This document shows, piece by piece, positions 50,105-62,793 of a DNA stretch of 64,000 nt. Source of the DNA: Carcharhinus amblyrhynchos (Eukaryota); the NCBI GenBank assembly GCA_965287045.1, contig OZ336886.1, positions 29,202,001 through 29,266,000 of the forward strand, read 5' to 3'. Each line of letters starts with the position of its first letter. Position 1 is the first letter of the stretch. The translations under genes were made by a program, and so were the position numbers. The notes below the pieces were generated by a model. The model did not search any database, was not told the DNA's origin, and was given only the letters and a program-made list of their open reading frames with translations.

Positions 50105-52509
50105 AAGGTTTTTGGGACTCAGTGAATTTCGTATTTGGAATCTAATTACCATTGCTTTCTACATTGCTGTCCTGTACCAATGAGCTAAACTATCGGATTG
50201 CCATTCCTTTCCAAAAGATTTGAAGATAGCAAATGTGTGGTTGCAATAGCACATGGCCACATCAACTATTCATTAGAAAAGAGAGTGATGTTCACTGATA
50301 CTAAATGTAAGCCATTTTCCTTCCTACTGCCTCCCCTCAAATACTTGTGAAGTATTAAAAAAGCTTGCCTACTATCTGGCCACAGCTCTCAATAATAATA
50401 CATGGTAAATCTTAGTGCCAATTTAACCAGAATATCCCAACAATAGATCCTTGGAAATTGGTAACTCTGACAATTAATTGCTAGCAATATAGGTTACATG
50501 AAAATTTTTGGAATAAAAACATTTGGTGCTCATTGGATGCAGGAACCAGGTGAGGATATTGCTGAAGAAAATCAATTCTATAGATCTGTCAATATTTCAT
50601 AAAGCAAGAATTTGTAAAATGGAAAATATATTGGGGTCAGTAACTCCCAAACCAGGGTCCACAAGGCTAGACAAACTCTAAAGCTATTGTAGGTCTGTTT
50701 GCACAGTGTCTATCACCTAAAGGTTCAGTTTGTCTCTTAGATCCTTAGGAATCACTTTGGAAAACACCTTTATGATGAATCGTTTCACTGGAGGAATTGT
50801 ATGGTGGTGGAATAACAAATGAGGCAATGAAGGTGGAAGTGAGTCAAACAGTATCTTAAAAGCACTGACCAAAGTTACTGAAGAGGGAGTTGGAGGTATC
50901 AATAACCAGATGAGTGCAACATCACAGTGGATTTCAATGAGCATTTGAAGACCTCCCAATAGCTCTGAGAAATTACTACACTTCTATGATTTGAGTTCAG
51001 CAAATAGACTTCAGTTTCTCAGAAAGGGGTTGCGGCAGCATTTCCACATCATCTCTTCAAAATCCCCAAATTGCATACTCTTGAACTTCAGGTGAAATGC
51101 ATTAAGTGCATAAATAAAAAGATCACCAAACTACTTTTTGAGGATGTATTACCAAACTTTAAGTGCATCATCCTGTAAGTGTAAAGGTTGTTGTGTAGTT
51201 ACTAAAAACTTGCAAAGAATCAATCTGGTAGGGTCTCAAAACAGGTAGAAAGAGTTAATGACACATCAATTAGGTTGAGTGAAAGGGCACCCTTTTAATC
51301 ATCCGTTCACTCCATGGACATCTGTGCTCAGCTGAATGTGATCTCGAGGTTCAACTATCCAATAAAACAACATGGCTCACATCCCAGTCAAAATCCATCA
51401 AGGTCTGGAGCTGACATTGAATCTGTGCAATTGGCCATCTGTTGCTGTCGGAGGCAGGGATTAAGGAAATGAGGGAGGGTAATGAATTCCTCCAAGAGGC
51501 ACAACTTCTGAATGGCAGCTAAATTCCAATTGCAAATCTCCATCCCCCTTGGTATATGGTCAGAGCTGACAAGGGCTTGTGTAGTGAGTCTACTGTGCCA
51601 AGGCAATGGTCTTTATATTGTGTCTTGAGGGTAATGAAGGCAAGCTGAATATTGTCAGAGGCAGCCTTCTCACAGATGGCTCTCATCACCCCATTCAATG
51701 AGGATTGTCTCCATGCACATTAACACTCATGTATGGATAGGGGAACACCCATCTCTGGTCCTCCAGGGTACAGGTGTCATGTCTGGACAGAGGCCAGGTA
51801 AAGGCTTAACACAGGCCTGCAGGCTTGGAGGTGGCGAGAAATCTGTTAAGGATATGCTCACCAAATGTATAACTTCAATACATTCCACTGAACTCCACTG
51901 AAGCATTGAAGATGCAGAATGCAAGCAATCCAACCTTGTTACTAGCTCTCATCAATAAGTAGAAGGAAGGCCCATCAGAAATTAGCACAGGGCCAGGAGG
52001 AGCAACAGCCTGAGTAGCAAGAGGGAGCAGAGCCTCAAAAAACTGCCAGCATCTTCACTTTCTAGCCAGCGTCTTCAAACAGGGTCCATCCATGAAACAG
52101 TGACCATTGGTCTGACAATGGGTGAATTCACAGGCGGAGCTCTTATCTAGAAATGAGCTAAAGGCAATGCTGAGAACGCCTTCACCTGTCACCAGATGTG
52201 GTTGCTCGTATCTACCAGCTTCTCCAGGATGAATCGTGGCTGCAAGGACTTGGAGGGCATTCCATGCCAGTGGCATCGAATGTCACTGCCACCTTGAATT
52301 TTTTTTTGCCAGATCCCCCAGTCGGTGACACACAAGTGCATACGGGAAGGCATTAATGCCCTGTTTATGGGAGTACACCAATTTGTACAATTCCACCTGG
52401 ATCCCAAAAGCCAGGCTGCCAAAATGCTGGGATTTTTAGCAGTCTCGGGTTTCCTGCAATTGACTGCATACATATGGTCTTGAAAGCAACTTGGCAGTAA
52501 TATATAGAA

Positions 52510-53090
52510 TCTGTTGAAGGATAAAGGAGCTGAATATTATTTAAATGGAAGATTGCAGAAAGTTCCAGACCAAAGGGTTTTGGGGACCTTCATGTATAAG
52601 TCACAAAAAGCCAGAGCTTGAAAATTGCAGCTATGAGAAAAGATTGGATAGGTTAGGATTGTTTTCCTGAGAATGGAGGAAACAAAGGGGCATCCTAATT
52701 GAGATGTGCAAAATTACAAGGGGCCAAGATGGGATAGATAAGAAAAACCTGTTTCCCAAAGCTGAGATGGCAGTTGCCAGAGGTCATAGATTTAAGGTGA
52801 TTGATAGATTAGAGCGGACATGAAAAATACTTTTCACCCAGAGGGTGATGGGCATCTGTAATTTACTGCCCAAATTGGTGGTTGAGGCTAGAACACTCAA
52901 TCATTTTAAAGCTATCTGGATCTGAATCTAGAATGCTATAACCTACTTCTGCTCCTACATCTACAGTCTATGGCTATCAGCCAGGTTCTGGAAAGTAGGA
53001 TTAGAGTGCGTATTTTCTTTTTCTTCTCTTTTTTGGCTGGCACAGACACAGTGGATTGAATGGACTCCTTCTGGGCCATAACACTTCTAT
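52510..53090 (+). mobile_element. Degraded CR1 3' fragment
   Basis: YEKRLDRLGLFS, RGHRFKV and FTQRVMGICNLLP motifs plus a 3'UTR-like end. Confidence 0.8.
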
Positions 53091-53349
53091 GGTGCCTGGT
53101 TCTACAGTTTGATTGTGATCCCAATGGTTGCATGAGTATTTCAGAACCACTCATACCTATCGTTGCTGCTGAGCCCTCCCCAGTAAGTGATTAAAAAGCC
53201 ATTTGTCCTGCAACTGATTTAAGATTGAGAGTTTAAAGTGGCTGACATGAATTCAGTGCTAATGTCTTATCTGCTGGTCATGTGTGACATCCCTGTGCAC
53301 TCAAACCCTGAGATTGCCTGATGCCCTCATGAGAGTACCAGTTTTCAAT

Positions 53350-53560
53350 GAGTAGATCATTCATTCTCTTCTAGCACTGCTGGCCAGTTCTGTCTTGAGC
53401 TCGATGGGCACTAACTGCCCCTGCAACCTCTTTCCATGCTCCCGTGCTCAGCTGGGAGTACTTTGTGCTGCCATCTCTTGGAAACAGCACCTTTGGCCTT
53501 TCCTGGAGCCTAGAGAAGAACCATGGGGCCAAAGGTTGCTTTCTTTTCTTGGACATGTTT
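53350..53560 (-). pseudogene. Harbinger Myb/SANT-like protein relic (downstream part probably at about 51350-52150)
   Basis: ORF 53371-53556 APWF..LQERPKVLFPRDG..AWKEVAGAVSA..RTGQQC*KRMNDL. Confidence 0.75.
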
Positions 53561-55502
53561 GCTCACACAGATACGGAACTCCTGGTTTGCAGTGAGTCTG
53601 CTCAGGTGGCCTCTAAATATTGTGCCAATACTTCCAAGAGACAATGATGGGGGTGACAACTTCCTGGCTGCCCCACCATGAGATTCACCAAACTATGCAC
53701 TGATTCACAGGCAATAAGCTGAACAGCGAAAGATAATGCATATTCAGCAATCCTGCCCAATGTATCAACATTTACATGATTCCCTCACAAAGAAAAGTTT
53801 GGAAAATCCTTTATAGTGTAAGCCATTTGTTGATGTCAACTAGGAATAAACTGTTGGTCAAAGACTGTTTATCACTTCTTGTTATGGTGCTTAACAATTA
53901 TGTACAATATTTATATTATTGATCGAAAGCTATTGAATCAAATAACCTTGTGTAATACGGCAAACTTTGTACTGTCAGGTATCAGAGCTTTCACTATAGC
54001 GTGCCTCATAAAATAAACCCATGTTAAATTATCACTGAACATTAGAGAGAGATATCTATGTTGGACTACTTACCTAACACAGAATGAGTCGACTATTGTA
54101 TTAATTTTTCTGTCAAAGAACACAGATATATGCAAGATGAAATGTTACAGCAAGAATAAAAGTATTTTATCTTTAATACTTTTCTCTAATCTTATTTTAA
54201 AGTATTCAAGATCATTTATAAATATTTTTGCAGATTATCTAGACAGTAATAGCAATAAGCACAGTTTTAAAATTGTAATGAGGAAGTTATTTGCAATTCC
54301 AATTGACCTATAACAAAAGAAATTTATTGGGAAAAGACAGAGCCCTTTTGTGGATTTACAATTTCAGTTGTCAGTTTGAAAATTGAACTCTATTTAAAGA
54401 TGACTTCAATCTCACATTCAAAATTAGACAAACAGCTTTTGGTCAACAAAGAGTTTCTGTTAGTATCTAGGTAGCATGTAGATGATGTTGAAAAGATTTC
54501 TACAAACTGTAATAAATTTACAGTTCAGGTGGCAGGTGTCATGGCAGGCAGAAGTGGAAAATATCACAAGAGCAAGAAAATCAGTTTTCCAACATTGCAA
54601 AACTATAGTCAAGCTTCCAAAGGTGGATCGCATTTCCTGCTGCGCAAAATTAGGAATGTATTTGGCATAAATCTTAATTTCATGAAAATTTATTTAAAAT
54701 GGTGCTTGCCAGAATCATTCCTCACACGAGATCAATAGTGCATGTCAGAGTACAATTAGGCTGAAGTGTTTCGCAGCAGTATATAAGCAATGTGTACTTC
54801 GTTCGATACTTTGAGGTTCATTCACCTATCTTGCATTGTACAGCGCTTGTGGCACCTTGCATTCAGTTCAAGACTTTGCTGCTAATGTCACTTTCAGAAG
54901 GGAGCAGAGGTTGGGTATGTGTGAATGACAGGCAAGGCTCTGCCTAACACACCAGTGGTAAGGCTTGGGTGGCTCTGAGTATGCTTTATGGTAAAGCGCA
55001 AAGGAACAGGGGTCAGTGGCCATAGGCATGACAAGGGGCCTCAATGACAAGGTCGGCACTGGAGAAGTGGATAGCAAAGAGTGAGGCAGATAGGACTGAC
55101 AGAACTGGAGTGGTATGGGGAAGGGGGAGCATCCACTGCCCTTAAATAGGGTGAGAGTCTTTAACAGAATGACATCCACAGCTAAGGGCCAGAATGGAAG
55201 GTGAGCAAACTGAAGAACCACTTCATTTTACATTGTTTAGCTTGTCTTTACTCTCCTGTCCCAGTCCAGGAAGGGAAATGGCATGGCAGTCCAGTTTCAG
55301 TTGTTGTCTGGAAGTGGACATGATATGTGGGTGTATGGGGAAAAGACAGTGTGAGGGCAATCAGGACTCTAATGGCAAGGTGGGGGGCGGAGGTTGTAAG
55401 GGTTCATATAGCACACTGTACCAGAGGCCTGAAGATAAGGAGAAACAAGGTGCACCACGTGGATCGCAATGAGATCGATGAATAGATAGGGAGGATTAGG
55501 AA

Positions 55503-56169
55503 TTGAAATTGAATTGATTTATTATTGTCACATGTATTGAGCTACAGTGAAAAGTACTGTTACTTGCAAGCTATACAAACAAAACATATCATTCGTAGAC
55601 AACATAGGGGAGAAGAAAAGGACAGGGTGCAGAGTATAATGTTGCAGTTACAGATAGGGTGGACAGAAAGATCAGCTTAATATGTGATAGGACTATTCAA
55701 AAGTCTGATGGCAGCAGGGAAGAAGTTGGTATGTGTTTTCAGACTTTTGTATCTTTTTCCTGGCAGAAGAAGATGGAAGAGAGAATGTCTGGCGTGCATG
55801 CGGTCCTTGATTATGCTGGCTGCTTCCCCAAGGTAGCGGGAAGTTTAGATAGAATCAATGGATGGGAGCTTGGTTTGCATGATGGACTGGGTTACGTTCA
55901 TGATTCTTTGTAGTTTCTTGCAATCTTGGTCAGAACAGAAACCATAAGCTGTGATGCATCCGGAAAGGATGCTTTCTATGGTGCATCTGTAAAAATTAGT
56001 GAGAGGCTTAATGGAAATGCCTAATTTCCTTAGCCTCCTGAGAAAGTGGAAGCTTTGGTAGGCTTTCTTCACTATAACATCGGTGTGGAGAGAACAGGAT
56101 AGGTTATTGGTGATCTGGACACCTAGAAACCTGAAGTTCTCAACCATTTCCACTTGATCACAGTTGACG
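55503..56169 (-). mobile_element. Rex1/Babar LINE 3' fragment
   Basis: VEMVENFRFLGVQITNNLS...FLRRLRKLG..LTNFYRCTIESILSGCITA, with the same tail as 49620-50104. Confidence 0.9.
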
Positions 56170-57530
56170 TAAGAACATAAGAACTTAAGATCATAAGAAA
56201 AGCATAAGAAATAGGAGCAGGAGTAGGCCATTTGGCCCTCGAGCCTGCTCTGCCATTCAATAAGATCGTGGCTGATCTTTTCATGGACTCAGTTTCACTT
56301 ACCATAACTTACTCACTTACTCAGTCCACTCACCATAACCCTTGATTCCTTTACAGTTCAAAAAATTTATCTCTCCTTGCCTTAAAAACATTCAATGAGG
56401 TAGCCTCAACTGCTTTAGTGGGCGGGGAATTCCACAGATTCACAGTCCTTTGGGTGAAGAAGTTCCCCTGAACTCAGTCCTAAATCTACTCCCCCCTTAT
56501 TTTGAGGCCATGCCCCCTAGTTCTACTTTTACCTGCCAGTGGAAACAACTTCCCTGTTTGCATCTTGTCTATTCCCTTCATAATCTTATATGTTTCTATA
56601 AGATAGCCCCTCATTCTTTTGAATTCCAAAGAGTATAGTCCCAGTTTACTCAGTCTCTCCTCATAGGTCAACCTTTACAACTCTGGAATCAACCTAGTGA
56701 ATCTCCTCTGCACCCCCTCCAGTGCTATATATCCTTTCTCATGTAAGGAGACCAAAACTGTACACAGTACTCCATGTGTGGCCTCACCAGCACGTTATAC
56801 AACTACAATATGATCTTCCTGTTTTTAAACTCCATCCCTCTAGCAATGAAGGACAATATTCTATTTGCCTTCTTAATTACTGCTGTACCTGCAAACCAAT
56901 TTTGTGATTCATGCACAAAGACACCCGGGTCCCTCTGCGTAGTGGCCTGTTGCAAATTTTACCATTTAAATAATAGTCCATTTTGCTGTTATTCCTACCG
57001 AAATGGATGACCCCACATTTACCAACATTGTGTTCTATCTGCCAGACCCTTGCCCACTCACTTAAACTATCTACATCCCTTTGCAGACTTTCAGTGTCCT
57101 CTGCACACTTTGTTCTACCATTTACCTTCGTGTCATCTGCGAACTTTGACACACTACCTTTTGTCCCCGATTCCAAATCATCTATGTAAATTGTAAATAA
57201 TTGCAGTTTCAATACTGATCCCTGAGACACACCACTAGTCACTGATCATTAACCAGAAAAACACCCATTTACCCCCACTCTTTGCTTTCTGTTTGTTAAC
57301 AAATCCTCTATCCATGCCAATACTTTACCCATAAAAAAAGCACCTTCATCTTACAGCCTTCGGTGTGACACCTTCTCAAATACCTTCTGGAAGTCCAGAT
57401 ACACCACATGCACAGGTTCCCCATTGTCCAACGTACACATAATGTCCGCAAACAATGCCACCAAATTAGTCAAACACAATCTGCCCTTCATGAACTCATG
57501 TTGTGTCTTCCCAATGGAACAATTTACATT
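56170..57530 (-). mobile_element. CR1 RT-to-3' fragment (older HER1-like)
   Basis: VVYLDFQKVFEKVSHRRL, TSGVSQGSVL..LFTIYIDDL, SKFADDTK and YEERLSKLGLYSLEF motifs, with a degenerate (ttcttatg)n tail. Confidence 0.92.
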
Positions 57531-57559
57531 GAGAAAGATTGAGGAAGCCAAAGCTACGA

Positions 57560-58197
57560 GGGAAGAGGCCATAGCCAGAGCCATATGAGGCAGATGTGCA
57601 CATGAGGCCCTCATACCGCCAGATTACAAAATGAGGATGATGGATAGTAATGAGTATCCTTTTGGACAAGTGCCCTCCATCATTTCATCTATCCACATTA
57701 CTCTGAGCATGGATATTTACATATGAGGCTCACATTGTCCTAATCCTTTGAAGAACAGTAAGACGTTAGGAGAAGATGTCCTTCCTGAAATGCTTCAAGT
57801 TGGAGTGGTGAAGTGATGGATGATGAGCCACTGGGGGGGGTTGAGGATGTCCTCCACAGAGTCCAGCAGGTGGCCCAGCAAGACATTACTAAATTTGGGG
57901 GCTGCCATCTTCTTCGGTCTCTGGGCAATCTTTTGCTTGGAGCAGTCCTATCTGCAGACATGAAGGAAGTGTGCTATCTTGCACTTTAAATATGGTGCCT
58001 GGAGAAAGGAAATGGTGAGGTCACACTTGGGCAGATGAATCAGGGGCTGACCACCAGTGTCCAGTGGGTTTCACATGGATGCAAATTTAATTAGCTCTAA
58101 AGATATGGTATGAATACACGGCACTGTAACCGATGGGAAAAATAGTGTGTTTCCCACCCAGCGCTGCACTTAGTGCACGGAATAGAAATTCGACCCT
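57560..58197 (-). mobile_element. Harbinger end with a Myb/SANT start relic
   Basis: Minus strand encodes AAPKFSNVLLGHLLDSVEDIL. TIR-like gaaattcgaccc ends at about 58197. Confidence 0.55.
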
Positions 58198-58249
58198 TAA
58201 TTCTTCTACAAGCAAAAACAACACAATTGGCCCAGTTCAATATTTCATA

Positions 58250-60270
58250 TGATGTTACATAGAATTACTTTTAAAAGTAAACAGCACAGAAACAGGCCAT
58301 CAACCAATTCATGCAAATGTGTACACTTTACTTGAACCTCCTCCCATTTTACTTCATTTAATTTTATAAACTGAAACCTCAATATCCTTCTCCCTCTTAT
58401 GTTTATCTTTTCCCCTTAAATCATCTGTACTTTTTATGTCAAATGATCCCTGTGGTGGATAGCTCCATATTCTCACCACACTTGGGATTAAAAAAAACTT
58501 CTTCCAAATTCCCTTTTGGTTTATATTGATGGTCTCTAGTTTTGCTGCTCCCCACACTGGAAACATTCTCTGTCAATAGGATGCACGTCGGATTGGGGAA
58601 GTCAAAACCTTAAGAAACATAGCCTTTCTTTGGTGAATGAATTTATTGACTTTGTTCAGTGTTAACATTCATGACATACACCCAATTTCCCAGCTATCCC
58701 CTATTTATAACCCATCACCTGTTTCCCTTAACAATATAATTGACATTAGCAAACCTTTATGAAGTAATTAATAAATCAATTACACTGCTTTGAGAGTATT
58801 TCAGAATTTTAAGGGACTCTATAAAGAGTCCCAACCTGTTCACCCTTTCCTGATAGTTAAAACCTTAGCATTCTAGTTTTATCCATGTAAATCATTTGGC
58901 ATCCAATCCAGTGTCGCTATTTCCCTTTTATTATATGGCAACCAGAACTGTACACTGTATTCCCTGTGTGATCTAACCAAGATTCAATACAAATTTAACA
59001 TAACCTCCCTACTTGTCAATGATATGCCTTAAAAAAGTGCTTGGTTTACATTTTTAATGCCCTTATTAACCACTATCACTTCTTTTAGTGATTTGTGGAT
59101 TTGCCCTTCCCATTTTTAAAAATTTTTCAAGCAATATGTAACCTCCTTTTTTTCTCTTACCAAAATCTAATAGCTCACATTTATCTATGTTGAAATTAAT
59201 TTGCCAATTATATACATATTCTGCAAGTTTATTTGTGTCTTCTTTTAATTTGATGCAATTATCTTCAATATTTATTATCTGACCCCATCCCAGTTAGAAT
59301 CTTCTGTAAATTTAGAAAATACGTTTTTGATCCCAAAATCTACATCGTCAATGCAAATAGCAAACAAAAGTGTTCCCAGCACTGATACTTCTGGGACACA
59401 ACTTCTCTAGGAAGACTAAGAAGGCAGACACAATGGGCCAATGGGTGTCTTTCTTTGCTGTAAAACTCTATGACCTTGCACCACTCTTAATTGCTACCAC
59501 TTACCTGCATTTTGTCCAGCAGTCAGCCAGCCATAAAATTCTATTACTTGTTCCTGACTCTATATGCTCTGATCTTATTCATTAGTCTATTATTTGGTAC
59601 CTTACTGAAGGACTTCTGGAAATAAATATATACTGCATTTTTACATTACCCTTCTCTCCATTCTCTTCTATGTCTTCTAACAATCCAATGAGGTTGGTCA
59701 AGCAAGACGCTACCTTTTGAAATCCATGCTAACTGTCCATTATTATATTTCTGGTTTCTAGATTTGTTTTATTTTATCATTTAGTAGGGATTCTTTTATC
59801 TTTCCTCCCAACAATGTTAAGCTGACTGGTTTATATTTTACCAAAGTATGTTTCATCTCTCATCTTAAATATAGGCATCACATTAGAAATCTACAAATCT
59901 TCTTGCACTACACTTTTTCTAACAAATTATTAAATATGTGTAATATACTGTCTCTGATATCTCTTTCCTGGATTCTTTCAAAACACATGGATGCAATCTG
60001 TCCCATCCAGGAAATTTATCCTCTTTGAGTTTGAGGATAACATACTTTGCGTAACATACATATAGTTAGAGTCTGACATACTTATTATGTTCTTTTTATT
60101 TTTGAATACAGTTATATCACTTCAGACTTAATTTTCTGATATCATGACCACTTGATCACGACACCAAAATAAAATAAATATTTAAGGTTTCTGCCATTTC
60201 ACAATTGCTGCCTGTGATTTTATCCTGTTTGCCCCATAGTACCCTATTCTCTTCCTTACTTTTCTTGTTG
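58250..60270 (-). mobile_element. Highly decayed CR1 ORF2 and 3'UTR
   Basis: Minus-strand QHGFQKVASCLTNLI, YSVQFWLPY and SVVRIW motifs, with a CR1 3'UTR at about 58280. Confidence 0.75.
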
Positions 60271-60519
60271 TCTGTGTCTGCATGTGCCAGTGACTATAGC
60301 CAAAAATACAATTATGCTTTAAATGAAATATTCTATGTTTAGTATTGAACAACTGAAGCAATAGATTTATACTGGATGCAAATAAAGCTTTCAATGTGAA
60401 TCACCATCAAAAATAGACACAACCAAAAAAGGGGAGCAGACCAATACAGAAAATAATAAAATAAAAGATAAAATTATAAAAGAGAGTATTAAACATTTTG
60501 TACTTTTGTATTGCTGCTC

Positions 60520-60722
60520 TGGGAGCAGGTTAGCTCAGTTAGCTGTATGGTTAGCATGTGGTTCAGAATAGTGCCAACAGTTTGGGTTCAATTTTTGCTT
60601 TGCTATAGGCTTAGTGCTGGCCCCATAGCTGATGTGGTGGGGTGCCCCTCAAGCTATATAATCAATTGCCTCTCACTAATAAAGAGAGATGCCAACAGTC
60701 CCTTGTGGACTGTAGCTAATTA
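60520..60722 (+). mobile_element. Ancient tRNA-derived SINE (non-V, non-Deu body)
   Basis: A box tagctcagttag and B box gggttcaatt followed by an unrelated short body. Confidence 0.55.
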
Positions 60723-61365
60723 CCTACCTACTGCCACATTGAATCTCCATCCCACCCTAACACGTTTAATGAAGTCAACAAAACAAAAATGTTGAGACCT
60801 GGTTAAATAATAATTAAGCAAAAATTCTTGCAAAATTCCATGCATGATATACTATAAACTTATTTTCCTCCAAATTTTGTCTAAAAGTAGGAATGTATAT
60901 CATATTAAAATTAAAAGCATTTATAGAAGACTCTAATGAAGCCAAGCTAACTTTGTTAAATTGTTTGACTATATTAATTAAACTAATATTATTACAAATC
61001 AAAACCCAAACTAAATTTCTGCTGCAAAAAAGCAAATATGCTTCTTTGCTATCCTGCTTTGAGGGTATATGCCAAATGGGAGATAAAGGATTATTAGAGT
61101 CTGTATAGGAAGACCAATAAATGATACTCTGGGGTAAGTACAAATGGCTCTATGATAAAGATATGAAATGATTACTTTGTATTTATCTTTAGTCATAAAA
61201 ATGATGCTACCCTGAAGAAAAACATTATGAGTTTACTCATAAAGGTGTTATGTTTTAAAGATCTTTGGTGTGACAGCTTTCTGTAATCTAACCTTTAACC
61301 ATCGCTGGGAGCACAGGGGCACTAAGTTAATACTAACAACATTAATCCTAACAACAGAAATATTG

Positions 61366-62081
61366 GGCAGAATCTTGTGCAAATGATGGGCATCTTGCAA
61401 GCTGGCTGGAGAACTGGCAAAAGACTGATGTTATCTCTTTTGGCGAAGGCCCTTTGATTCACAAGCCAATCAGAAAGTTGAGAGGCCATCAGAAGGCCTT
61501 TCCCTGGGATCAGACCCCAAAAGCAGAGGTCCTGCTAGCAGAGCTGCTGACCAACCAAAGGCTGGCGGCTCTTTTGCTGAAAAGCACCACCACTGAGTTG
61601 GTGTTTGGTTCTGGAATGACAGGCTTTGGAGGCAAAGGATAAAGGAGTGACCCTCGCACAGGTCAGAAATGGTGGGATGGGAGGGGTCATGGAGTAATGG
61701 GGTGTACAGGATTAGCAGCAAGGGTAAAGGTCCTGAGTAGCTTCTCCCCTTCCCAATATCAGGTCCTGCGCTTAGGTTACGGTGGAAATCTTATCCCCAG
61801 GAGATGACAAGCAGTCCATGCAGATTTACTTTTTATGAACGGAGTATGGCAACACACTCGCCTGCAGCTGGGTTTATACCAGCAGAGGTGGGATGGGGCC
61901 TTTAAGTGGTAATTAATTATCTATTTAAGGTCTTCAATTGGTGCCAGGGTGGGAAATCCAACCACATGTTTTCCCATCCGAGGCAGAGTGTTCACCCATC
62001 ATCTTTACCACCTGATTAAATGACCCCCCCCCCCCCCACCGCCTCCAAACATGCCACTAAAGAGGGCAGAAAATTCCACAC
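61366..62081. mobile_element. Non-autonomous Harbinger-like TIR element
   Basis: Termini gggcagaatctt ... aaaattccacac, with subterminal ttaagtgg/taatt motifs. Confidence 0.55.
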
Positions 62082-62727
62082 TAAATATTAAAATAGACTG
62101 ATAGATACAGTCTCAAAGTAAAGGATCTCGCAACAGATTGTACTGCTGGCCCAAGTGACATCCATCAATGGGTCTAAACGAGATGGAATATGTGCTTAGT
62201 GAGCAAGCTCCTGGCTCATAATCTTTAAGAACTCTCTAGTGTCAGAAACTACGCTCTCAGATTGGTGACATGATAAAACAGTTTCACTTTAAAGGGAAAA
62301 CAAAGAACAAGAAGGAAAATATAGATGAGTTTGATTTCATTTAAAACATGAAATTATACAGCACATTCTTTATGATCTGCTTATAAATGCCTCTGTTTAA
62401 TCCTTCAAACACTAGGCAATTTTAGTTATTCTGTCTCTATGTTTTACACATCAGTTGTACAAGATTAACTTTCAGAAGTATTTGATATTTGTACTAATTT
62501 TCTTATAAGAGTAGATTGTAGAAAAATAAAGCTAAGTAAGAGATTAAAATTGATTTAATGGCTTAAATAGTTTGAATAAAGAGTAAAAAGGAAGTTAAAC
62601 ACACAAGATAATGTTAATTCTTCAGCCTACACTCCAGCTGATCCAATGTGGTTGGTACAGGTCACCAACTGAATCCTAACAAAAACAAAACAAGAATATA
62701 GTGAAGCAGTGGGAGTGTGTGCTTTAC

Positions 62728-62793
62728 CTTTCTATTTTCATGTACTTTTTCTAAAGGTGTTTGATATTTTGCTTCAGTATCATTGCATACACG
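62728..62793 (-). CDS. Candidate 66-nt coding exon (RVCNDTEAKYQTPLEKVHENRK, phase 0-0)
   Basis: Acceptor ttttattttgcttacag and donor AAG|gtaaag, with only one frame open. Phase-compatible with 828-958. Confidence 0.25.

Noticed and set aside
60814-61143. 109-aa and 71-aa overlapping ORFs
   Set aside because: AT-rich, low-information translations with no recognisable homology.
62024-62040. Poly-C run / G-quadruplex
   Set aside because: A simple homopolymer inside a non-autonomous element.
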